DNA of 64,000 nucleotides from Myxococcota bacterium (GTDB lineage: Bacteria; Myxococcota_A; UBA796; SXON01): contig JAZKFH010000003.1 in NCBI GenBank assembly GCA_040386535.1, forward strand, positions 1 to 64,000, read 5' to 3'. Position numbers and translations under genes: made by a program. The notes under the pieces are model-generated. The model worked only from the letters and a program-made list of their open reading frames with translations. It did not search any database and was not told the DNA's origin. Of the stretch, positions 56,331 through 64,000 are shown piece after piece; position 1 is the stretch's first letter, and the number at the start of each line of letters is the position of its first letter.

Positions 56331-59300
56331 GTGCCCACGCCTACCGCCACCCTCGTCTACCAGGGCTTCCACCACACCTGGGCGAAGATCCCCCACCGCG
56401 TGAGCCGCCTCGTGTCCGGGCTCGAGATCGACGAGCCCGCCCTGGACGAGCCCGCCCTGGACGCGCCCGACGCCCTCGTCGGCGGCACCGTCGCCGGGAT
56501 GAACTCGGGCGCCGACGGCGACGTCGCGCACCTCGTGACCTTCTACAGCGCGCTCGCCATCCCCGGCCTCCGCGTCCTGCACGGCGAGCTCCGGATCGAG
56601 GTGCCCGACGGGTGGGACGGCGCCATCGCGAAGGTGCTCCTCGACCCCGTGCCGCACGACTCCGGGCTCGCCGTGGGCCTGGGCGAGATCGGCGTCGTGC
56701 TGCTGCGCGGGTTCGACTGGGATCCGCGCCGGAAGGGCGCGGCGCGGGCCATCTGGCCCACCCGGATCGATCTTGGCGTGCGCGAGCGCGTGGTAGACGG
56801 GCGGCTCCACGTGGTCCCCCGCTTCCACGTCGAGCACCAGGACGCGCCCGACATCAAGGGGGCGCCGCGCACCCCGACGCTGCACCACGTCACCCTCCGC
56901 TACACCGCGCTCGTCGCGCCCGCGGCCCACCTGAGCGTGGTGGACGTGGCGGACCAGCTCCGCGTCCGGGACCGCCTGCTCGAGGACGGCGAGGGCTTCG
57001 CGAACGTGCAGCTGACGGGCCCACGGGGCCTCGCCCACGCGCTCTGCGCCACGAGCGGCCTCTCGTTCCGCATGGGCTCGCACGGGCCCGCCCCGCACGG
57101 CCGCTACTTCCAGGCGCTCGCCTGGGGCGTGGAAGATGGCGCGTGGGACGTCGTGACCGGCACGATGAACGTCGGACTGCGCGTCGGCGTGCGCGCCAAC
57201 AAGCTGGTGTGGCCCGCCCGGTACGACGCCGGGCTCGACGGCCGCCTGCTCGTGTTCGACGGCGCGCGGCTCGGCGGCACCGCGTCGACCGCGGCGCGGG
57301 TGCGGGTCGAGGGCTCGGTGGAGACGCCCCCGTTGGCCCGCCGACCCATCACGCTCACACTCCCGGCCGGAGCAGAGCCCGACCTGGTCGAGCAGATGGA
57401 CCGCGCCGGCCCCGAGTTGGAGGGCACGCGCGGGCTCGACGATCCCAGCGAGGGCGGCCTCCTCGTGCGTGACCCCGCCCCGCGTCGGGCCCCGCGTGGC
57501 GCGCGTTGCGGCGCCGCCCTCCGCGACTTCGACATCCCCTCCGGGCGCTCGCTCGCCGGCTACTCCAGTGACGGCGGCAAGGGTGGCAAGGGCGTCCGCC
57601 CCCTCCAGGTGCGCGCGCTCGTCCTCGAAGATGACGAGGGGCACGTGGTCGCGTTCGCGGCGGTCGAGCTCCATTCGGCCACACGGTACCTGCACGAGCG
57701 CGTCGCCGCGCTCACCCGGCGCGCGTCCTGCGGGCTCGACGTGCACCAGGTGGTCCTGCTCGGCACCCACACCCACAACGGGCCGGGCAACTTCTACGGC
57801 AACACGCTCTACGATTTGTTGTGTCAATCCAAGCCGGGCTTCGACAAGGCCTTCGCGGACGACCTGGCGGATGCCATCGCGGACGCGATCGACGCCGCGT
57901 GGCGCAGCGCCGTGCCCGCCACGCCCCGGGTCGACGTCGAGACCGTGTGGGGCGCCAGCCGCAACCGCAGCCTCGTCCCCTTCCAGGCCAACTCGGTCGC
58001 CGCGCGGTGGAACACCGAGTCCGGGCTCCCCGGCGCGCTCGACCCGGCGTCCTCGTCGGGCTCGCCCCAGCAGCGGGCCGTCGATCCGCGCGTGGTCGTG
58101 CTCTCCGCGTGGGACCGCGCGGGCCGCTGCATCGGCGCGATGGCGACGTTCGGTTGCCACAACACCGCGCTCGGCATCGGGCGCAAGGGCGAGCGCACCT
58201 ACTCTCCCGACTGGGCCGGCCTCGTGTCGAGCGCCGTCGAGGCCGCCCTCCCCGGCAACCCGCCCATCCTGATGGGCCTCTCCGGCTCGGGGGACGTGTC
58301 CCCGCTCCCGCCGAGCGACGAGGGCGCGCGGTACCTCGGTCCCAAATCACAAGGCCTCCTCCTCGCCCGGTTCGTGGCCGACAAGGTGGGGGCCGCCGTG
58401 CGCCGCGCCCTGCTGAAGGCGCCCACCACCTTCACCCCCGTGCGCCTGCGCAGCTGGTACGAGGATTGGGCCTCTGTCGGCGGGGCCGACGTCGAAGGCG
58501 TCCCCAACACCACCCTCGGCGCGTGGGACATCGGCGCCCCCTCGCTCGGCGGGGCCGACGACTACTACTCGGGCCTGCACCCCTGGGCCGCGCGCGAGGG
58601 AATGGTCGGCGACCACTACGCCGCCGCCGATCCGCAGTTCCCCAAGGCCCCCGCGCTGGGCGTGCTCGGCAACCTCGTGCGCGGCTTGCAGATCGCGCAG
58701 CCCGCCCCGGTCCACGGGCTCCACGTCGTGCTGATCGGGGATCACGCCTTCGCCACGGTCCCCGGCGAGCCCACCACTGTCGCGGCGTGGACCATCGAGC
58801 AGGCCGTCCGCGAGGCGACCGGCGCCGCGTCGGCCTCCGTCATCGGATACACGGCGGACTACGCCGGTTACTACACCACCCGCGCCGAGTACCGCTTCCA
58901 ACACTACGAGGGCGCCGCCACCCTCTACGGCCGCCACAGCGTGCCCCACCTCGCCGCGCGGCTCGCCCGGCTCGTCGAGACCCCGCCGTTCGTGGCCCCC
59001 GCCCGCACGATCCCCGCTTTCCCCTCCGCGGACACGCTCGAACGCGGCGGCATCCCGACGCCCGACCCCATCGCTTCGGGCACCCGTCGTGACGGCGCGA
59101 CGCTCTACGCGTGGTGGGCGTGGCACCCCGAGTTCGCCCCCTCCGAGCCGCCGATCGTGCTGCTCTACACCGCGGACGCGCCGCCGCGCCCCCCCGACGA
59201 CCTCGCCCGGCACGCGGTCGCGGTGGCCGGCGAGGACGCCGTCGTCTGGACCGCCGAGTTCCTGGACGAAGAGGGCGTCGACGGCGCCTGGCGGCGCATC

Positions 59301-60842
59301 ACGTGCGTGGTGCCGCCGCCGTTCACGGCCGTGGAGCTCGAGGTCGGCGAGGCGACGCGCGGCGACCTGTTCCTCACTCCCGAAGGCGCCGCGGGCGATC
59401 CCGAGCTCGACGCGCTCTACACCGCGCTCCGGGGCCTCCCCGAGGAGCGTTCACTCGAAGCGTTTGAGACCGACGCGGGCGCGCAACCCCTCGCCCGCTC
59501 CGACCTCGGCGAGCTCCACCGCCGCCTCGCGGTCGACCCCGCGGGGCTCGGGCGCCAGCTCCACGCCACCGTCGACGCGGTCACCGTCCTCGACGACGAC
59601 GCGGCCGCCGCGTTTGCCGTGCAGATGGTGGGCGAGATCGATGCCGCCTTCGCGGCCCCTGTGCTGGCGATCGCCGCGGTCGAGGCCGAGCGCGCGCCCG
59701 CCGACGAGGACACCCGCGGCCTGTTCGACAAGCGCCACGTCCCCGCGCTCCCCGCGAATTTCGATTTCGACGGCTACGACCCGCTCGCCATCCCCATCGA
59801 CCCCGCCGAGACCCGCTTCCAGACCAAGGAGGACACCCTCGCCTACCTGGTCCTCACGGGCGCCGGGTTCCATACTGGCGTGCTCAAGCTCGATCCCGAG
59901 CGCCACGCGCACGACTTCGACTCGCGCTTCACCTACCCCTTGCGCTCGCCCAAGCCCGGCGAACCCGTGGACATCGGGCTCTTCGGCGACTTCGCCAACG
60001 GCCTCGCCCATTCGCGCTACGTCGCCCGCCAGCTCGTCGGCCTCCCCTACGCCATCCACCTCGGCGACGTGTACTACAGCGGCCGCCAGGAGGAGTTCGA
60101 CGCCTACCTCGCCGGCCCGCTCGCCCCGCTGCTCCCCGACACCGAGCTGTTCCTCCTCGCGGGCAACCACGAGATGTACAGCCGCGGCCTGACCTTCCAC
60201 CGCTACCTCGACCAGAAGCGCGCGCGCTTTCCCGATGTCCAGAAACAGGAGGGCGCGAGCTTCCGGCTCCTCGGCGACAAGTTCCAGATCATCGGCCTCG
60301 ACACGGAGTGGTGGAAACACGGCCGTGTACGCCCCGAGATGGTCGAGCGCCTCGCCGGCTGGCTCCGCGAGGGCCGCCCCGACCGCATGAACATTTTGCT
60401 CACCTCCGAGCACGGCTACGACTACGGCTCCCCGGGCGTGAGCACCCTCCTCTCCCGCGACCTGAAGGACGTGCTCGCCGCCGGCCTGGTCGACCTCTGG
60501 TTCTGGGGCAACGTGCACCACGCGGCGCTCTACCGGCCCGGCGAATACGGCCCCTTCGCGGCCAGCTGTGTCGGGCACGCCGGCTACCCCTACTACACCC
60601 TCGACCCCGACGACCAGGACCGCTGCGCCGCGCCGCTCGAATGGGCGGAGTTCAAGTCACGCTTCTACGGCTTCGACGACACCGACGGCGCCCCGCTCCG
60701 CCCCGACGTTGGGAACAACGGCTGGTGCAAGCTCCGACTTCATGACGACGGGCATGCGGAGCTTGTGTATACGGATTGGCGCAAGGTCGAGCGGCATGTG
60801 GCGCACGTGACGCGGACTCCTGGGGGGGTCAAGGTGACGTAG
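56331..60842 (+). CDS. Multidomain protein: unknown N-terminal domain, neutral/alkaline ceramidase and calcineurin-like metallophosphoesterase
   Basis: Ceramidase motifs THTHNGPG, NRS, GDVSP, PGEPT and YAGY.TT..EY..Q.YEG; phosphoesterase motifs GD, HLGDVYY, GNHE and WGNVH; GTG at 56331 after GGAG. Confidence 0.88.
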   Translation: MPTPTATLVYQGFHHTWAKIPHRVSRLVSGLEIDEPALDEPALDAPDALVGGTVAGMNSGADGDVAHLVTFYSALAIPGLRVLHGELRIEVPDGWDGAIAKVLLDPVPHDSGLAVGLGEIGVVLLRGFDWDPRRKGAARAIWPTRIDLGVRERVVDGRLHVVPRFHVEHQDAPDIKGAPRTPTLHHVTLRYTALVAPAAHLSVVDVADQLRVRDRLLEDGEGFANVQLTGPRGLAHALCATSGLSFRMGSHGPAPHGRYFQALAWGVEDGAWDVVTGTMNVGLRVGVRANKLVWPARYDAGLDGRLLVFDGARLGGTASTAARVRVEGSVETPPLARRPITLTLPAGAEPDLVEQMDRAGPELEGTRGLDDPSEGGLLVRDPAPRRAPRGARCGAALRDFDIPSGRSLAGYSSDGGKGGKGVRPLQVRALVLEDDEGHVVAFAAVELHSATRYLHERVAALTRRASCGLDVHQVVLLGTHTHNGPGNFYGNTLYDLLCQSKPGFDKAFADDLADAIADAIDAAWRSAVPATPRVDVETVWGASRNRSLVPFQANSVAARWNTESGLPGALDPASSSGSPQQRAVDPRVVVLSAWDRAGRCIGAMATFGCHNTALGIGRKGERTYSPDWAGLVSSAVEAALPGNPPILMGLSGSGDVSPLPPSDEGARYLGPKSQGLLLARFVADKVGAAVRRALLKAPTTFTPVRLRSWYEDWASVGGADVEGVPNTTLGAWDIGAPSLGGADDYYSGLHPWAAREGMVGDHYAAADPQFPKAPALGVLGNLVRGLQIAQPAPVHGLHVVLIGDHAFATVPGEPTTVAAWTIEQAVREATGAASASVIGYTADYAGYYTTRAEYRFQHYEGAATLYGRHSVPHLAARLARLVETPPFVAPARTIPAFPSADTLERGGIPTPDPIASGTRRDGATLYAWWAWHPEFAPSEPPIVLLYTADAPPRPPDDLARHAVAVAGEDAVVWTAEFLDEEGVDGAWRRITCVVPPPFTAVELEVGEATRGDLFLTPEGAAGDPELDALYTALRGLPEERSLEAFETDAGAQPLARSDLGELHRRLAVDPAGLGRQLHATVDAVTVLDDDAAAAFAVQMVGEIDAAFAAPVLAIAAVEAERAPADEDTRGLFDKRHVPALPANFDFDGYDPLAIPIDPAETRFQTKEDTLAYLVLTGAGFHTGVLKLDPERHAHDFDSRFTYPLRSPKPGEPVDIGLFGDFANGLAHSRYVARQLVGLPYAIHLGDVYYSGRQEEFDAYLAGPLAPLLPDTELFLLAGNHEMYSRGLTFHRYLDQKRARFPDVQKQEGASFRLLGDKFQIIGLDTEWWKHGRVRPEMVERLAGWLREGRPDRMNILLTSEHGYDYGSPGVSTLLSRDLKDVLAAGLVDLWFWGNVHHAALYRPGEYGPFAASCVGHAGYPYYTLDPDDQDRCAAPLEWAEFKSRFYGFDDTDGAPLRPDVGNNGWCKLRLHDDGHAELVYTDWRKVERHVAHVTRTPGGVKVT

Positions 60843-61090
60843 GGGGTTGGTTGGCACGCGCGGCGCTGGTCGGCGCGCGGCGGGACCCATGGCCGACGGA
60901 ACCTCACGGGGGGCATGGGTGGGTCGGAGCGCGGGGTGCAGTAGCGCGACACCTCCTGGCACGCCCCGGAGGGGCGCGTTCTCACGTCACGCGCGCCGGA
61001 GGATCAACTCCTCGTCCGACCAAGCGCCCACGGGGAAGCGGCCCGGGCGTGCGACAACGCGGGCGAGCGATTCCTGCACATCCCACCCAC

Positions 61091-61921
61091 TCACCTCCTC
61101 CAATCCACCACCCCCCTCCCCTTGTCATCCGGCTGACAAACCGGACAGAAGAACGCGTCGTGCCCATGCACCCCCGCGCTCCGGATTTTCGTGCCACACC
61201 GCGGGCACGGTTCCCCGCCCCGGTTGCGCACTGCCAGGAAATCGCGCACCTTCTCGTCCAACGGCGGGTCCCGGCGGGCGATCTCGTCCCGGGCGTCACG
61301 GAGCACCTTCACCATCGCCGCGTGCAGCCGATCCAACTGATCGGAGGAGAGGGTGCCGACAGTGGCCTTGGGGTAGATGCCCGCCTCCCACAACGTCTCG
61401 TCGGCGTAGGCGTTTCCGAAGCTGTCGATGGTGTTCTTGTCCTTGAGGAACACCTTGACCTGCTCGCGCCGCTTCTTCACGAGCGCGCCCAACGCCTCGC
61501 GGGTGAAGGCCGGGCCCAACACGTCGATGCCGACGGGGAGCAGGCCGGGCACGCCGGAGAGGTCGCCCGAAGGGACCAGGTACACCTTCCCCATCTGCAC
61601 GTCGTCGCGGTAGCGGAGCTCCTGCTCGCCGAGGCCCCACGCGACGGCGAGGTCGCCGGTGTCCTTCTGGCCCGCGGGCACGAACGAGAAGCGGCCGGCC
61701 AACATGAGGTGCACGACCATGTACCAGGCGCCGTCCAACGTCACGACGACGAAGTGGCCCATCCGGCGCACGTCCCGCACGGTGCGGCCGACGAGGACAT
61801 CGAGCGCGACCGGCGCGCGGAGCACCACCGGCTTCTTGACGCGCACCGACGTGAACGTGGCGCCCACCAGCCGCCCGGCCAGGATCGGCACCTGGTGCTC
61901 GAGGTCGGGGCGCTCAGGCAT
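61091..61921 (-). CDS. Fpg/Nei family DNA glycosylase
   Basis: MPE.PD, HLMLAG, GNAYADE.LW.AGI.P and C-terminal CPRCG...CPVCQ zinc finger. Confidence 0.93.
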   Translation of the reverse strand: MPERPDLEHQVPILAGRLVGATFTSVRVKKPVVLRAPVALDVLVGRTVRDVRRMGHFVVVTLDGAWYMVVHLMLAGRFSFVPAGQKDTGDLAVAWGLGEQELRYRDDVQMGKVYLVPSGDLSGVPGLLPVGIDVLGPAFTREALGALVKKRREQVKVFLKDKNTIDSFGNAYADETLWEAGIYPKATVGTLSSDQLDRLHAAMVKVLRDARDEIARRDPPLDEKVRDFLAVRNRGGEPCPRCGTKIRSAGVHGHDAFFCPVCQPDDKGRGVVDWRR

Positions 61922-61987
61922 GGGACGACGACGCGACGATCATCTCCGGACCCTACCACGGCCCTCCGTGGGCGATAGGTTCCCGGC

Positions 61988-63139
61988 ATGAGCACCTCCT
62001 TTCCGCCGTTCACCGAGGAGCACGAGCTCCTCCGCAAGACCGTTCGCGACTTCACCCTCACCCACCTGACGCCCCACCGCTCCGAGTGGGACCAGGCGGG
62101 GGAATGGCCCGCCCGCGAGACGTTCAAGAAGATGGCCGAGCTCGGCCTGCTCGGCATCCGCTTCCCCGAGGAGTACGGCGGCGCCGGGCTCGACTGGTGG
62201 GCGCACACCGCGATGATCGAGGAGCTGTGCCAGGCCCGCAACGGCGGCGTCGTCATGTCGATCTTCGTGCACACCGACATCAGCACGCCCGTCATCAACG
62301 AGATCGGCACCGAGGCCCAGAAGCAGCAGTGGCTGGTCCCCGCCATCCGCGGCGAGAAGATCGGCGCCCTCGGCATCACCGAGCCCGGCGCCGGCTCGGA
62401 CGTGGCCAACCTCCAGACCACCGCCCGCATCGAGGGTGATCACTTCGTCATCACCGGCGCCAAGACCTACATCACCAACGGCTCCTTCGCCGACTTCATC
62501 ATCCTCGCCGTGCGCACCGGCGATCCCGGCTTCGGCGGCGTCTCGCTCGTCATCTTCCCCACAGACACGCCCGGCTTCACCGTCGGCAAGAAGCTCGACA
62601 AGCTGGGCACCCGCTCGGTCGACAGCTCGTTGTTGCATTTCGACGAGTGCCGCGTCCCCGTCGCCAACCTGCTCGGCGCGCTCAACGGCGGCTTCGTCCA
62701 CATCATGCAGAACTTCCAAGGCGAGCGCCTCGTGGCCGCCATCATGGCCGTGAGCGGGATGGAGATCCAACTCAAGGACGCCATCGCCTACGGCCAGACC
62801 CGCCAGGCCTTCGGCAAGCCCATCGGCAAGTTCCAGGTGTGGAAGCACACCTTCGCCGACCACCTCACCGGCCTCGAAGCCGCCCGCTGGCTGACCTACC
62901 GCGCGGTCCAGAAGATCAACGCCGGCGAGGATCCCACCCTCGAGGTGTCCCAAGCCAAGCTCTTCACCGCCGACATGGCACAGAAGGTGGCCTACGACTG
63001 CCTCCAGTTCCACGGCGGCTACGGCTTCATCGAGGAGTACGACATCTGCCGCGCCTTCCGCGACGTACGCCTGCTGACGATCGGCGGGGGGACGAGCGAG
63101 GTGATGAAGGAGATCATCGGGAAGTGGTCGGGGTTGTGA
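61988..63139 (+). CDS. Acyl-CoA dehydrogenase
   Basis: ITEPGAGSD, GAKTYITNG, QFHGGYG, IGGGTSE. Confidence 0.95.
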   Translation: MSTSFPPFTEEHELLRKTVRDFTLTHLTPHRSEWDQAGEWPARETFKKMAELGLLGIRFPEEYGGAGLDWWAHTAMIEELCQARNGGVVMSIFVHTDISTPVINEIGTEAQKQQWLVPAIRGEKIGALGITEPGAGSDVANLQTTARIEGDHFVITGAKTYITNGSFADFIILAVRTGDPGFGGVSLVIFPTDTPGFTVGKKLDKLGTRSVDSSLLHFDECRVPVANLLGALNGGFVHIMQNFQGERLVAAIMAVSGMEIQLKDAIAYGQTRQAFGKPIGKFQVWKHTFADHLTGLEAARWLTYRAVQKINAGEDPTLEVSQAKLFTADMAQKVAYDCLQFHGGYGFIEEYDICRAFRDVRLLTIGGGTSEVMKEIIGKWSGL

Positions 63140-63341
63140 CATTGGGTGCGCGGGGCGCGCCCCCGGCCGCGGACGGCCGGGGCCGGACCGCTCCGGGGTC
63201 GCCCTTCGGGCTCCGTCGGCGCGTCCGGCCGCCCTGCCGGGCGGCCGGGGCGCCGGACCGCGGCAGCCTCTCGGCCGCCGCGCCCTCCGCGCTCCTCGCG
63301 CGGGGAACGACCTGCACCCCAGGAACTTCATCGCCGAGGGC

Positions 63342-64000
63342 CTACGTCGCCGTCCCGAATACATCTTCCCGATACCGCCCGGACTCCACCAACCCCTGGA
63401 GCCAGCGCTCGGCGCCCTCGGCGTCACCGCCCGTGTGGTGCCGCCACACCGACTGGAAGGCCTTGCGGACACCCGGGGCCATGTAGGCGCCGTCCCCGCT
63501 CACGAGCACGACGGCGTCGCGCTCGAGGAGCTCCCAGACCGCGTCGCCGCGCTCCTCGATGCGGGCCTGGACGAAGACCATGCCGGCGCCCGGGACGTGC
63601 GAGCACGCCGGGATCACGCGGGTGACACCCTGCGCTTCCATGAGCTTGAGCTCGTCCTCGTAGAGGAAGTCGTGGTCGGGGCGGCGGAAGCCGAAGAACA
63701 GCAGCGAGGGGCCCAGCGGCTGGCCGCGGGCGCGCATCACCGTGCGCTCCAGCAACACGCCGCGCAGGGGCGCGATCCCGGTGCCGGCGCCTACGAGGAG
63801 CAGCGGCAGGGCGGGGTCGATCGGGGCCGAGAACGCGGGTGAGCTACGCACGAAGGCGTGGATGTAGCTGCCTTCCGGGCGGGTACCGAGGTAGGTCGAG
63901 CACACCCCGGCGTAGGTCCCGTGGCCCCGGCGCGCGGGCGCGTCCACGACGCTGACGGTGAGGCTGCAGCTCCGCGCGTCGACGAGCGGGGACGAAGAGA
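63342..64000 (-). CDS. FAD/NADPH reductase C-terminus of a CYP102-like P450 reductase (5' end outside window)
   Basis: SSSP, GVCSTYL, GAGTGIAPLRG, LFFG.R, DFLY and GRY..DVF; open to the window edge. Confidence 0.88.
   Translation of the reverse strand, partial: SSSPLVDARSCSLTVSVVDAPARRGHGTYAGVCSTYLGTRPEGSYIHAFVRSSPAFSAPIDPALPLLLVGAGTGIAPLRGVLLERTVMRARGQPLGPSLLFFGFRRPDHDFLYEDELKLMEAQGVTRVIPACSHVPGAGMVFVQARIEERGDAVWELLERDAVVLVSGDGAYMAPGVRKAFQSVWRHHTGGDAEGAERWLQGLVESGRYREDVFGTAT

Noticed and set aside
50606..60842. Gasdermin, STAND NTPase or cyclic-nucleotide sensor in the protease locus
   Set aside because: No Walker motifs, TPR arrays, SAVED/CARF or gasdermin-like ORF recognisable by eye
63140..63341. 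ncRNA in the GC-rich gap between convergent genes
   Set aside because: Pairing potential is expected at this extreme GC content; no recognisable family motif

Overview
High-GC window (roughly 70% by eye) that looks like a Myxococcota chromosome; the lineage is inferred from gene content such as Ser/Thr kinases, acidic DT-repeat lipoproteins, CotH kinases and SWIB. (1) 1-12033: right end of an integrative element inserted at the 3' end of tRNA-Pro(GGG). It carries a large serine recombinase, an AEP-type primase fused to a P-loop ATPase, a Bro-N antirepressor, several orphan genes and two different iteron-like repeat arrays. (2) 12022-20832: housekeeping block with tRNA-Pro, merR-family gene, ihfA, rplT, rpmI, infC, tRNA-Val, lipB, an AI-2E transporter and dnaE; thrS and pheS-pheT are missing from their usual positions. 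(3) 21000-50600: lipoproteins and hydrolases, kinase/FHA signalling genes, a Zn/Mn uptake operon led by a DUF2946-like ORF, a sigma54 two-component system next to an APC transporter, two CotH kinases, a pseudokinase-FGE fusion and a P450. (4) 50606-60842: best candidate for a new system. It comprises an apparently inactive CHAT protein, an active CHAT protease, a C14 caspase-like protease, a 3-TM (YLATT-like) protein and a ~1500-aa ceramidase-metallophosphoesterase fusion. Four of these five proteins carry a T-R-[G/S/D/A] motif in linker regions, suggesting a protease-activated lipid-destroying effector cascade. (5) Fpg/Nei glycosylase, acyl-CoA dehydrogenase and a truncated P450-reductase gene at the right edge. 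No CRISPR array or rRNA was seen. All family assignments come from reading motifs by eye; no database searches were run.
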